From assembly GCA_038046625.1 (NCBI GenBank), contig JBBSVV010000003.1:1-64000 (forward strand): a stretch of 64,000 bases of DNA, given 5' to 3'. This DNA comes from an archaeon (GTDB lineage: Archaea > Iainarchaeota > Iainarchaeia > Iainarchaeales > Iainarchaeaceae). Numbering within the stretch: position 1 is the stretch's first letter; the number at the start of each line of letters is the position of its first letter. Below the pieces are notes generated by a model, which worked only from the letters and a program-made list of their open reading frames with translations, searched no databases and had not been told where the DNA came from. Of this stretch, positions 28,253 through 37,117 are shown piece by piece. The translations under genes were made by a program, and so were the position numbers.

Positions 28253-28302
28253 GCACCCCGCCTTCGAAGCGGGCGATGAGGGTTCGAATCCCTCCGAGCC
28301 CG
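28232..28302 (+). tRNA. tRNA-Arg(TCG), atypical D-arm
   Basis: GGGCTCG/CGAGCCC acceptor, CCCGC-CTTCGAA-GCGGG, GAGGG-TTCGAAT-CCCTC. Confidence 0.85.
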
Positions 28303-28480
28303 CTGCACTTTCACGCAGAATCCTTGATTCTGCTGAAACCTGCACTAAAAAGAAAGAGTGCCGGAAAAAGAAAAGACCCCTGTTTCTGGCTCGGCAAGCC
28401 GTGCTTGGCCGGTTTCAATGTGGCCAGGGCTCGCTTTCTTTTAGGCAAGGAATTAATACTCGCAAGTAGTTGTATTTTTG

Positions 28481-28963
28481 ATGAAGCCAAAAATATTGCC
28501 GCGTGCAAGAAAGTTTTTGAAAAGGCATAAAGGGAAACTAATTATCCCAGTTGGCCTTGGTATTGCGGTTGCGTCCGCTTCTTTTGGCCCGAAGTTAATT
28601 GAGCGCGGTGCAGATTACTTGAACGCGCGCAAGGCGGATGCGATGAGGCAACACAGGCTTGACCTTACCGTTGAGCGGGGGAGGTTTGTTAATGAATTTT
28701 TTTCAAAGACCGGCGCTGTTCCTGAATCGAGAGAAGATTGCAATGCCCTCTGGGCATATTATTACAATAAAAGCCCCGCCCTGAAAGGCCTTTGGGAGCC
28801 AATTCTCAAAAAAACAAGGGAGGAAAAGCTCCGTGACCGCGTTTTTGTGCAGGAGTTCGGGGATGCAGGCCTGGAGTTTGAATTGGCGGTTGTGAGGGAA
28901 GCGCAACCGGAATTTTTTAAAAAGGCGCTTGCTTTGGACAAAGGCGCAGCGAAAAAGAAATGA
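28481..28963 (+). CDS. Hypothetical protein, basic N-terminus plus TM/signal
   Basis: MKPKILPRARKFLKRH..LIIPVGLGIAVASA. Confidence 0.65.
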   Translation: MKPKILPRARKFLKRHKGKLIIPVGLGIAVASASFGPKLIERGADYLNARKADAMRQHRLDLTVERGRFVNEFFSKTGAVPESREDCNALWAYYYNKSPALKGLWEPILKKTREEKLRDRVFVQEFGDAGLEFELAVVREAQPEFFKKALALDKGAAKKK

Positions 28964-29019
28964 ACAACCCAAAACAATCCACTGCCTTTAGGCGTGGGTA
29001 ATTCACTTTTATTGCATGT

Positions 29020-30408
29020 TCAGTAATCCAAAAATTCTTCTTTTCCTTTCAAGTACGCAGTAAGGAACTGCTGGAAACCCTTGTTCTTTTTGTAAAGCGC
29101 GGCGATTTCCTTTTCGCTCATTATTTTCGCGTTTTTTCCGAGTGCTTTTCCCATCGCTTCTTTCTCGGCCCCCCTGAGTTTTTTCAGGAGCTGCGAAAGG
29201 AATGCCTTGAGTTCCGTGTGTTTGCGCTGCACTTCGATTATCCAGCGCCCTTTCTCTATGCGCGGCCCCGCGAGCATTTGTTTGTGTGCGGAGAGGAACG
29301 CTTCGGAATTTTTTTCGTCGAACGCTTCAGGCCCGATTTTTACTTCTGCTTTCTGGAGCTCCGTTGATTCCACCTCGAATAGAATAACCATTTGCTTTTC
29401 CTTTTCCAGCCACTCGGAACTTCGCTTCACTTGGAACCCCCCGAGTTCGGAGAATGTCCTGATTTTGTGCGAGAATCTCCTCAATTGCCCCCACATGATG
29501 TCCTCAATAACCCCTTTCGGATAGGATAGCGAGATTGCAATTAGCTCGGTTTTTTTCAGGAATTGCTTTAGTTTTGCCTGGCTCCATGCAGAGTGTTTTT
29601 TCGGGAAGAAAAAATTGATTGAGGGCTTTTTCATGAATGCTCTTGATGCCGCTATGAAGCGTGCGTACTGGTTTAATGAAAGTGCCGCGGCAACATTCCT
29701 GTTCCTGTCCACTGGATCAACCACTGTAAAATGCCAGCCGAATTTTTTTTGGGCATCCCCTTTCGCATAATAGTTTTCGATGTCAATTGCTTCGCCATTT
29801 TTCCAGTGCGCCGCCGCTTCAAGTGCTTTTGCGAATGACCCGTATTTCAGCACAAGCAGTTCAGCAACGTAACCCGGGAAGCTGTTCGAGCTCAAATCGG
29901 CTCCGTAGCACTTTATTCCTTTCATGAATTGCTTCAGCAGGCGCGCCTCTCCTCTATGGCGCTCCTCCATTTTTTTTACCAGGTAATTGTTGTGCAATAC
30001 GCTTCTGTCTACTGCGCTCTGCATCAGCGATGAATCGGCAATGTTGTATGATGGCACAATTTCCACCCTGAAGCCGTTTATTTCTCCGCGTATGTAGGGG
30101 TGTTCTGAATATGCCTTTTCCCACGTGTGCCCCCTGAAAACGGCTTTTCCTATGCGCAGGCCTTCTTCCTCGAATTCTTTGCGCGGAAGCTCTTTCGGGT
30201 AGAGGACAAATATGTCAAGGTCCCGGTCATTCCTCAAATGCGTATTGCGTGCAATGCTGCCGACAATTTCGACTTTTTCGTGGCTGCCCTTCATTGCCAT
30301 TATTTGTGCCGCGATTTTTTGGGCCAGTTTTTTTTCTTTTGCCAGTTCCTGCTTTGCAGGGGTGATTTTTTTGAGGGTTTTGGCAAGAATCTGCTGCAAC
30401 GGAATCAC
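29020..30408 (-). CDS. cca: Archaeal class I CCA-adding enzyme
   Basis: VGSIARNTHL..DLDIF, YSEHPY, SAVDRS, VVDPVD..RNVAAALS. Confidence 0.96.
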   Translation of the reverse strand: MIPLQQILAKTLKKITPAKQELAKEKKLAQKIAAQIMAMKGSHEKVEIVGSIARNTHLRNDRDLDIFVLYPKELPRKEFEEEGLRIGKAVFRGHTWEKAYSEHPYIRGEINGFRVEIVPSYNIADSSLMQSAVDRSVLHNNYLVKKMEERHRGEARLLKQFMKGIKCYGADLSSNSFPGYVAELLVLKYGSFAKALEAAAHWKNGEAIDIENYYAKGDAQKKFGWHFTVVDPVDRNRNVAAALSLNQYARFIAASRAFMKKPSINFFFPKKHSAWSQAKLKQFLKKTELIAISLSYPKGVIEDIMWGQLRRFSHKIRTFSELGGFQVKRSSEWLEKEKQMVILFEVESTELQKAEVKIGPEAFDEKNSEAFLSAHKQMLAGPRIEKGRWIIEVQRKHTELKAFLSQLLKKLRGAEKEAMGKALGKNAKIMSEKEIAALYKKNKGFQQFLTAYLKGKEEFLDY

Positions 30409-30463
30409 CAGTTTTATATACTAATAATTCTTACTATAAATACATTGTTTTTCTGGTGGTTGG

Positions 30464-32032
30464 TTGGCTTCCGAGTTCAAGGAGTTCAGGGGCCCAAAGA
30501 TAGATTCCTATGGGGTTGTCGAGATTTATGAGGGCTTCCCGTTTTTCTATTATGACATAAAGGACCCGAGCCTGAATGAGGAGGAAAAAATCATCCGTGA
30601 ATCCCTGGTGCATTTGATTCTCGGCAACTGGAGTTTTGAGGAGGTCACTTCGCAGTTGGGAAAGCTTTTCAGCAAGCGTTTCGTGGACATGTTCAGGGAG
30701 AAGATTATCCAGCCGATTACTTACAATGACGCGCTTGAAACACTTTTGCGGGAAACGGAATTCGAGGCAATGAAGCTGGCGATGATTGCGCTTTTCACAG
30801 AGTTTTTGCCGCCCGTGAAGAGCCATGCCGTCCTTGCGGAAACAATTTTGGGGGACGCGATTGGCTACGCCAAGCTCTCCCCATTGGTTCTTGATGATAA
30901 CCTTGAGGAGATAATGGTCAACGGTTACGAGACCTACGTGTTTGTTTTCCATAAGCGTTATGGCGTGTGCAAAACAAGTGTCGAGTATAAGCACAAGAAG
31001 TCCCTCGATGCTTTGCTGCAGAAGATTGCGAAAACTGTCGGGAAAAAGTTCGATGCCGAGCATCCTTTGCTGGATGCGCGCCTGCCTGACGGAAACCGCG
31101 CTAATGCGACGTTCCCGTTTGTTACTCCGTTCGGGCCGTCACTTACAATACGAAAGTTTTCCGCCGTTCCTTTGAGCGTCATCGACCTTATTGCCAATAA
31201 CACGATGTCGAGCGAGCTCGCGGCTTTTTTGTGGGTGATGGTTGAGGGCATGAACATCGAGCCGATGAACATGATTATTACCGGCGGCTCGGGCTCCGGA
31301 AAAACAACCACGCTTAATGCCTTGTCCACTTTCATAAAGTTCCACGAGCGCGTGATTTCAATAGAGGATACTCTCGAGCTTCATCTTGGCAGCAGGCAGA
31401 ACTGGGTGCAGATGGAGTCCCGCCCTAAAATGAAGGGCCAGGAAGGGGTTTCGATGGATGATTTGCTGAAAAATGCCATGCGGATGCGCCCCGACAGGCT
31501 AATTGTGGGTGAGGTGCGCGGCAAGGAAGCGGAAACAATGTTTGTTGCAATGGATACCGGGCACAAGGGTGCATTGGGTACGCTGCACAGCAATTCCGCA
31601 AAGGAAATGCTTTTGCGCCTCAAGGCGGACCCAATGGGGGTTCCCGAGTCATTGATTCCCCTGCTTGACCTGATTCTTGTGCAGTACAGGATTTATGTGA
31701 AGGGCAAGGGCGTTGAGAGGCGCATAATGCAGGTTACTGAAGTGAGTTCCATGGATAAGCAGGCTTTGCTGAGCAACATTTATGAGTGGGACAGGAAAAC
31801 CGATTCAATCAAGCGCACTAATGTTCCAATGCACCTGATTGAGGTGCTGGCTTCGAAAACCCTTTCAACCAAGAAGGAGGTTGAGCGTGAGATTCAAATC
31901 AGGAAAAACATCCTTGAGTGGATGCTTCGGAATAACATCCGCGCAAACCCCGAGGTCGAGGTAATAATACAGCGCTACTATTACGACCCCGAAACTTTGC
32001 TGGAGCAGGTTCTTTCGGACAAGGCAAAGTAG
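30464..32032 (+). CDS. VirB11/TadA-family pilus-type ATPase (stand-alone paralogue)
   Basis: LDARLPDG, GGSGSGKTT, IEDTLEL, MRPDRLIVGEVRG, TGH..TLHSNS. Confidence 0.93.
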   Translation: MASEFKEFRGPKIDSYGVVEIYEGFPFFYYDIKDPSLNEEEKIIRESLVHLILGNWSFEEVTSQLGKLFSKRFVDMFREKIIQPITYNDALETLLRETEFEAMKLAMIALFTEFLPPVKSHAVLAETILGDAIGYAKLSPLVLDDNLEEIMVNGYETYVFVFHKRYGVCKTSVEYKHKKSLDALLQKIAKTVGKKFDAEHPLLDARLPDGNRANATFPFVTPFGPSLTIRKFSAVPLSVIDLIANNTMSSELAAFLWVMVEGMNIEPMNMIITGGSGSGKTTTLNALSTFIKFHERVISIEDTLELHLGSRQNWVQMESRPKMKGQEGVSMDDLLKNAMRMRPDRLIVGEVRGKEAETMFVAMDTGHKGALGTLHSNSAKEMLLRLKADPMGVPESLIPLLDLILVQYRIYVKGKGVERRIMQVTEVSSMDKQALLSNIYEWDRKTDSIKRTNVPMHLIEVLASKTLSTKKEVEREIQIRKNILEWMLRNNIRANPEVEVIIQRYYYDPETLLEQVLSDKAK

Positions 32033-32520
32033 CGCGACCCATTTTGCGTGAGAACAGAGCGCATCAGGAAAACGGACTTCACTTCAAATTCCATTTCGGG
32101 GCTTTCTCCTGAAATGGCATCCATCGCTTCCAGGAATTCTTTTTGTCCCGCGCTTCTGTTCCTCGCGAGCGTAATGTGCGCCGCGAACCTGTCTGATTTT
32201 TCCTCCAGTGCGGCGCAGATTTTTTCTGCGAGCATTGATGCCTCTTCCCCGCCTTTGGAGAACCCGAGCCAGATAACCCTTTTCCCGAACGCGCCTGTTT
32301 TTCCCGTGCGCATCCCGAATGCATCGAACCTTATTGCGTCGAATTTTTTCCTTATGTGAGTTGCCTCTTCATCGCTTTTTTCGCCGAGGAAGAGCATGGT
32401 AACGTGCAGGTTTTCTTTTTTTGTTTTGGAGAATTTTTCCCCGGGGATTTTTTGCAGAATCCTTGCGCTTATTTCGCTTTTGATTTCTTCGGGAATTTGT
32501 ATTGCCGCAAACAGCCTCAT
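31981..32520 (-). CDS. thpR: RNA 2',3'-cyclic phosphodiesterase (2H family)
   Basis: MRLFAAI, HVTMLFLGE, HITLAR. Confidence 0.92.
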   Translation of the reverse strand: MRLFAAIQIPEEIKSEISARILQKIPGEKFSKTKKENLHVTMLFLGEKSDEEATHIRKKFDAIRFDAFGMRTGKTGAFGKRVIWLGFSKGGEEASMLAEKICAALEEKSDRFAAHITLARNRSAGQKEFLEAMDAISGESPEMEFEVKSVFLMRSVLTQNGSRYFALSERTCSSKVSGS

Positions 32521-32580
32521 TGCTTTTTCACCGACCCAATCCATGCTGGGATCTAAGACCGTAGTTTAAGCGCGGGTGAT

Positions 32581-33177
32581 TCATTTTAGTGTTTTCCTGA
32601 ATTCATTTTCGAGTGCGCGGAGCCTCGCGTAATTTTTTTCGAGCAATGGATTCGCCTTTTCGAGCAGCTTTTCAATGAACACCTTTTCTGCCAGTTGTTT
32701 CCCGTTTTCCTTTATTGGCAGGGCCATTGTTTCGGTTCCCTGGAGCTCTATGAGGAACTTGTCCTTCTGTGCCACCATTATGCCGCCCCTTTTTACCCCT
32801 GCTTTTTTCATTGCCTCAAGGACTGAGTTTGCGCCGCGGATGCTTTTGCACCCGATGTGCAGTATGAATGGGTCGAGCTTTAGCCAGAGCACTCCGCCTT
32901 TGTTTTCCTCCACTCCTTCGATGAGTTCCTTTGCGCTTACTGTTCTGTGCCATTTCCTGTGGAACGCATTCTTGTTTTTTGCTTCCCCGTTTTTTTCGAG
33001 GAGTATTATGCGGCCGCTGCAGCAGCTTGATGTGTAGAACCCCGGTGTTTCCGCAACAAAGGAGCACAGGCCGATCATTTGTTCGTCCATTTTTCCCTGT
33101 TTCAGGGCGTTTCCGAAGGTTTTTCCGTGCCTCTCCTTTATCATCGCAAACCGCGTTTTTCGGCTTTTTTTCCGCAT
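32581..33177 (-). CDS. taw3: tRNA wyosine methyltransferase Taw3/TYW3
   Basis: YTSSCCSGRI..KWH..PFILHI. Confidence 0.9.
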   Translation of the reverse strand: MRKKSRKTRFAMIKERHGKTFGNALKQGKMDEQMIGLCSFVAETPGFYTSSCCSGRIILLEKNGEAKNKNAFHRKWHRTVSAKELIEGVEENKGGVLWLKLDPFILHIGCKSIRGANSVLEAMKKAGVKRGGIMVAQKDKFLIELQGTETMALPIKENGKQLAEKVFIEKLLEKANPLLEKNYARLRALENEFRKTLK

Positions 33178-33251
33178 TTTGTGGCCCTATAGGGTTTTGT
33201 CCGACCAATCGTTTTTTTATTCTTCTGTTGCTCATTTTTTCAGGTATTCGA

Positions 33252-34058
33252 ATGAAGGGTGCGTTTGTTCTGGCTTTTGTTGTTTTTGCTTCAGCTTCGG
33301 CTTTTGCTTCCATTTCAATGGTTTATCCTTCCCCAACTTTGATTGAGGATGCCTCCGTTGTGCAGCTGGGTTCGGTTGAGCCGGGGCAGGTTTTCGAGGC
33401 CGTTTTTTCCGACAACACCGGTTTCCAGAATACGGAGTGGGATGCCCTTGTAGTTGACCCGCAAACCCTTTCTTTGGGATGGAAAGTTGATTCCATTGGC
33501 AAGACTGACACTTCGCTTGTTGTGCGGGTCAGGGTGCCGCTCAATGCGCAGAGCAATGTGTACAATCTCGGGCTCGATTTTTACAGTTCGCATGAGCCTG
33601 TGCTTCAGCAGTCATTCGTGATGAGGGTTGTTGTGAAGCAGCCGCTTATTTCAGCGGCTTTCTCCAAGAAATCGGTTGAAAGCATCATAGTAGTTGACTC
33701 GCCCGTTGTTTACGCTGTTTCGCTTTCCAATTCTTCTATTGCAAAGCAGGAAGTTGTTGTTTCCTCGAATTTGCCGCAGAACTGGTTTGCCACACAGAGA
33801 ATTGTGCTTGAGCCGAATTCCTCGAAGGACCTCGTGTTGGTTGTCACTCCAAAGGTTTACGGCCAGAGGACATTTTCCTTCAAGGCGGTTATTCCTGAAA
33901 AGAGCCTTGTTGTGAAGAGCTTCACTTCGGAGCTGAATGTTAAGCCCACTTTGAAGGGAAAATTTGGTTCCGCATTTTCAGGCTTCCCGTTCTTCAACTT
34001 TGCGCTGCTGCCTTTCCAATTGTTCGATTCTTTCCTTGCGTTCGCGATGCCGAACTAG
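33252..34058 (+). CDS. Secreted beta-rich hypothetical protein
   Basis: Signal peptide MKGAFVLAFVVFASASA; hydrophobic C-terminus. Confidence 0.75.
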   Translation: MKGAFVLAFVVFASASAFASISMVYPSPTLIEDASVVQLGSVEPGQVFEAVFSDNTGFQNTEWDALVVDPQTLSLGWKVDSIGKTDTSLVVRVRVPLNAQSNVYNLGLDFYSSHEPVLQQSFVMRVVVKQPLISAAFSKKSVESIIVVDSPVVYAVSLSNSSIAKQEVVVSSNLPQNWFATQRIVLEPNSSKDLVLVVTPKVYGQRTFSFKAVIPEKSLVVKSFTSELNVKPTLKGKFGSAFSGFPFFNFALLPFQLFDSFLAFAMPN

Positions 34059-35767
34059 ATTTTTTTGGCCATGTAGCGGCCTTCCCTTGTGTATCCGAGT
34101 TTTTTTGAGTAGTATTCCCTCGCGCCCACGCCGCTGATTACCAGCATTTTTTTTGCGCCGAATTTTTCTGACGCGATTTTTTCCGCCTCTTCCACAAGCT
34201 TTTTTCCGAGGCCTGTGTGCTGCCCACTTTTTTCCGCGCTTTTTTCCCCGAGCGCGAGTGAATTGCCGAACACGTGCAGTTCCCGTATGCACGCGGTATT
34301 TGAATCGAATTCTTTCCTGAATGGCTCGAAAGGGTTCCTGAGGCGGCAGAACCCGAGCAGCAAATCGTTTTTTTCGTCCTCGAAGGAAATGAAAACTTCC
34401 GTGCCTTTGCTTGCTTCGTATTCCTTTGCGGCGAGCTTCGCTTCCCCTTCAATTTCCCTTCCTTTTACCGCGTTTATTCCGGCTTCCCGGGCGCGTATTT
34501 CCCTTGCGTTGATCCCTTTTTGCAGGATTTTTTTGTCCACTATCTGGCGCAGGTTATTTTTGTCAACTCCGGCCAGCGCGAGCTTTGTCGGTATGTCGCG
34601 CTGTATCCTGTGTATTCTCGCGTACTCGGGAACGTATCTTTCCGATTCCGCAATTATTTCCGCCGCCTCATCCGTATTCAGGGGCGTGAATTTCCCGTTT
34701 TTGTAGAGCTGTGCAAGTGCAGTTCCCGGCATCACCATGCACGGGTAAATTTTCAGGCCGTCGGGCCTGAAATCAGGGTTCTGGAAAAGCTCCCTGAACA
34801 TTTCAATGTCCTTTTCCTTCGAGCTCTTGGGCTGTCCCGGCATGATGTGATAAGTGACCTTCAATCCCGAGTCCTTGAGGAGCCTCGTTGCCTCAATCGA
34901 GTCCTCAACCGTGTGCCCGCGGTTCGTGTACTGAAGCACTTCGTTGTAAATGCTCTGCACTCCCAATTCAACCCTTGTGGTGCCCAGTTCAAGCATTTGG
35001 TTTATGTGCATTTGTTTGCTCCAGTCAGGTTTTGTTTCAATGCACATGGCCACTATCCTGACCGCGGCATTTTCGTTCCGGATGTGTTCCCTCTCAATGT
35101 TTGCAGGTTTTTTCATTGCGAGCATTTTTTCGCGCCGGGCTCCGGAAAATTTTTTGTGCGTTCCTTTTGAGAAGAATTCGTTGAATTTTTTTGCCGAGAA
35201 TTTTCCCTGGAAAATGAAGAGTTCTGAGAAGTCGTTTGCGGCCTGGAACGCATTGGAAATGAATTCGTTTTGATATTCCTGCGGGAAGCTCGGGAAGGTT
35301 CCGCCCATGATTATGAGTTCGAGCTTTTGGGGATTGTGTGCGGTTGCGTAGTATTGCGAGAGCCTGTTAATTGTCTGGAGGTAAGCGTCGTAGGAATTGT
35401 TGACTGCCCTCATGGTTGCGGGCTCGTTTCCCGTGTATGATTGCGGCACCGAGCCGAAGAAACTATTCGGGCCGCCCGGGCAGTAAATGCACGTGCCGTG
35501 GGGGCAGCTTATTGGCTTGGTCATTATGGCTACCGGAGCCACACCTGAAAGTGTCCTTAGCGGCTTTATTGATAGCATTTCGCCGAGCTTTTGCGAGGGC
35601 TCTTCCGCGTACGCGAGTATGTCCGGGTTGGACAGTATTTTTTCCATGCCAAGCCTTTTCCCTTCCGCGAGCTTGAGCCTGTTGAGCTGCTCTTTTTTCG
35701 TTATTTTGCCGGACTCTATGGCGCTTATTATTTTTTCCGCAAATTCCTGCCTTTGCCCCGGAGCCAT
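34055..35767 (-). CDS. elp3: Elp3 radical SAM/acetyltransferase
   Basis: RTLSGVAPVA, CPHGTCIYCPGG, LKIYP, RIQRDIP, IRELHVFG, QHTGLG. Confidence 0.96.
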   Translation of the reverse strand: MAPGQRQEFAEKIISAIESGKITKKEQLNRLKLAEGKRLGMEKILSNPDILAYAEEPSQKLGEMLSIKPLRTLSGVAPVAIMTKPISCPHGTCIYCPGGPNSFFGSVPQSYTGNEPATMRAVNNSYDAYLQTINRLSQYYATAHNPQKLELIIMGGTFPSFPQEYQNEFISNAFQAANDFSELFIFQGKFSAKKFNEFFSKGTHKKFSGARREKMLAMKKPANIEREHIRNENAAVRIVAMCIETKPDWSKQMHINQMLELGTTRVELGVQSIYNEVLQYTNRGHTVEDSIEATRLLKDSGLKVTYHIMPGQPKSSKEKDIEMFRELFQNPDFRPDGLKIYPCMVMPGTALAQLYKNGKFTPLNTDEAAEIIAESERYVPEYARIHRIQRDIPTKLALAGVDKNNLRQIVDKKILQKGINAREIRAREAGINAVKGREIEGEAKLAAKEYEASKGTEVFISFEDEKNDLLLGFCRLRNPFEPFRKEFDSNTACIRELHVFGNSLALGEKSAEKSGQHTGLGKKLVEEAEKIASEKFGAKKMLVISGVGAREYYSKKLGYTREGRYMAKKI

Positions 35768-35826
35768 ATCCAGAACCCTGCTGCGAAAGGGTTTTATTTC
35801 TGCACAGCCTCCTTTGTGCGGTTGCC

Positions 35827-36135
35827 ATGGATGAGTATGAGGAGTTTGTGCAGTTCCTTGAGAATAATCCGGCGTATTACAAAATAATAAATTCCGCGGT
35901 TTTCATGAGCCTCCTCACCATACTGAATTCGGCGCCGCGTTCTTTTTCCGAGCTCCTGAGGAGCAACCAAAATATTGAGGAGGAGGATCTTGAGACGATG
36001 CTCGCGGTTCTCGAGGCCCTTGAAATGGTGAAGCAGGCCAAATCGGCCGAAAACAGGGTTTTTTATGCGACCGAAAAAACCAGGGGAATGCTCTCGAAAT
36101 TCGAGAAGGTCAAGGGCCGGTTCAGGGTTGCCTAA
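35827..36135 (+). CDS. Winged-helix-like small protein
   Basis: PRSFSELL..LAVLEALEMV..FYATEK. Confidence 0.65.
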   Translation: MDEYEEFVQFLENNPAYYKIINSAVFMSLLTILNSAPRSFSELLRSNQNIEEEDLETMLAVLEALEMVKQAKSAENRVFYATEKTRGMLSKFEKVKGRFRVA

Positions 36136-36199
36136 TTTCTTGGATTTTCTGCTTGTTTTATAAATATTATAAATATATTATATATTAAGGTTTTTTTTA

Positions 36200-36550
36200 A
36201 TGGGCAAAACGCTTTTGGCTGTTTTGGGCATCGGGAAGGGCACATGGGGGCATGTTGCCCGGCTTATTTCCGAGGAAAAGTTCGACAAGGTACTGCTTAT
36301 TTCCAACGAGTGGGGCAAGGAAAACTTTAAGCCGTTGAAGGAGTGCGACTGGATAATGATTAACAACCGCGCGGGCTTCGAGGTAATAAAGGAAGAAATC
36401 AAATCCAAGTTGCCTGAAAAGGATGATTTGGTGCTCTCGCTGATAAGCGGCTCCGGAAGGGAGCACATGGCTGTCCTTGCTGCCATAAAGGACAAGAAGC
36501 TCGAATTCAGGATTGTTATCCTTACGGGCGAAGGAACCAAGTACTACTAA
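36200..36550 (+). CDS. Conserved hypothetical protein
   Basis: LGIGKGTWGHV..SGSGREHMA. Confidence 0.75.
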   Translation: MGKTLLAVLGIGKGTWGHVARLISEEKFDKVLLISNEWGKENFKPLKECDWIMINNRAGFEVIKEEIKSKLPEKDDLVLSLISGSGREHMAVLAAIKDKKLEFRIVILTGEGTKYY

Positions 36551-36552
36551 CA

Positions 36553-36685
36553 CCTTTTTCTTTTCGTTGACGCGAAAAGAAACCGGGCAGAACAAAAGTT
36601 CTGCACGGCCACGCAAAATCAAAAGATTTTGCATGGAAGCTGTACCAAAAAGAAAAGTGTAAGGCTGTGCCAAAAAGAAAGAGAA
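36553..36685 (+). repeat. Repeat family B copy with an internal family C-like hairpin
   Basis: cctttttcttttcg..cgaaaagaaa; gcagaac-aaaa-gttctgc; two later ccaaaaagaaa tracts. Confidence 0.6.
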
Positions 36686-36743
36686 CGGCTTTTGCTGTTT
36701 GGCAACAGTAACTATTTTTTATCTGTTCAGTTCCTTTAGTTTC

Positions 36744-37112
36744 ATGGCGGATTTTTTTCTCCTGTTCTTCATTGCGGCATCACTGCTGCTTGCGGTGCTC
36801 GTGTTTTTTCTCATGAAAAGGCTCTCTTCCCTTGAGGGGGTGCTTTCAGAATTGAAGTTTTCAAAGTCCTCGCAGTCAGTGAAGTACGGCAAAATGACCG
36901 AACAGTTTGTTCCCTTTACAAAGGACTTTCCTTTCAATCCGGAAAATTTCCGTTTTCTCGGCAACCCGATTGACGGCATTGTTTTTGAGGAGAATAAAAT
37001 AATTTTTGCGGAGTTCAAGGCCGGCTCCTCCCAGCTCTCTGAAAAGCAGAGGCGCGTGAAGGAACTCGTTGAAAAGAAGAAAGTAGAATGGTTCGAGCAC
37101 CGCATCGAATAG
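36744..37112 (+). CDS. Membrane-anchored Holliday-junction-resolvase-like nuclease
   Basis: TM then GKMTEQFVPF..RFLGNPIDGIVF..EFKAG..LSEKQ. Confidence 0.85.
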   Translation: MADFFLLFFIAASLLLAVLVFFLMKRLSSLEGVLSELKFSKSSQSVKYGKMTEQFVPFTKDFPFNPENFRFLGNPIDGIVFEENKIIFAEFKAGSSQLSEKQRRVKELVEKKKVEWFEHRIE

Positions 37113-37117
37113 GCGGT

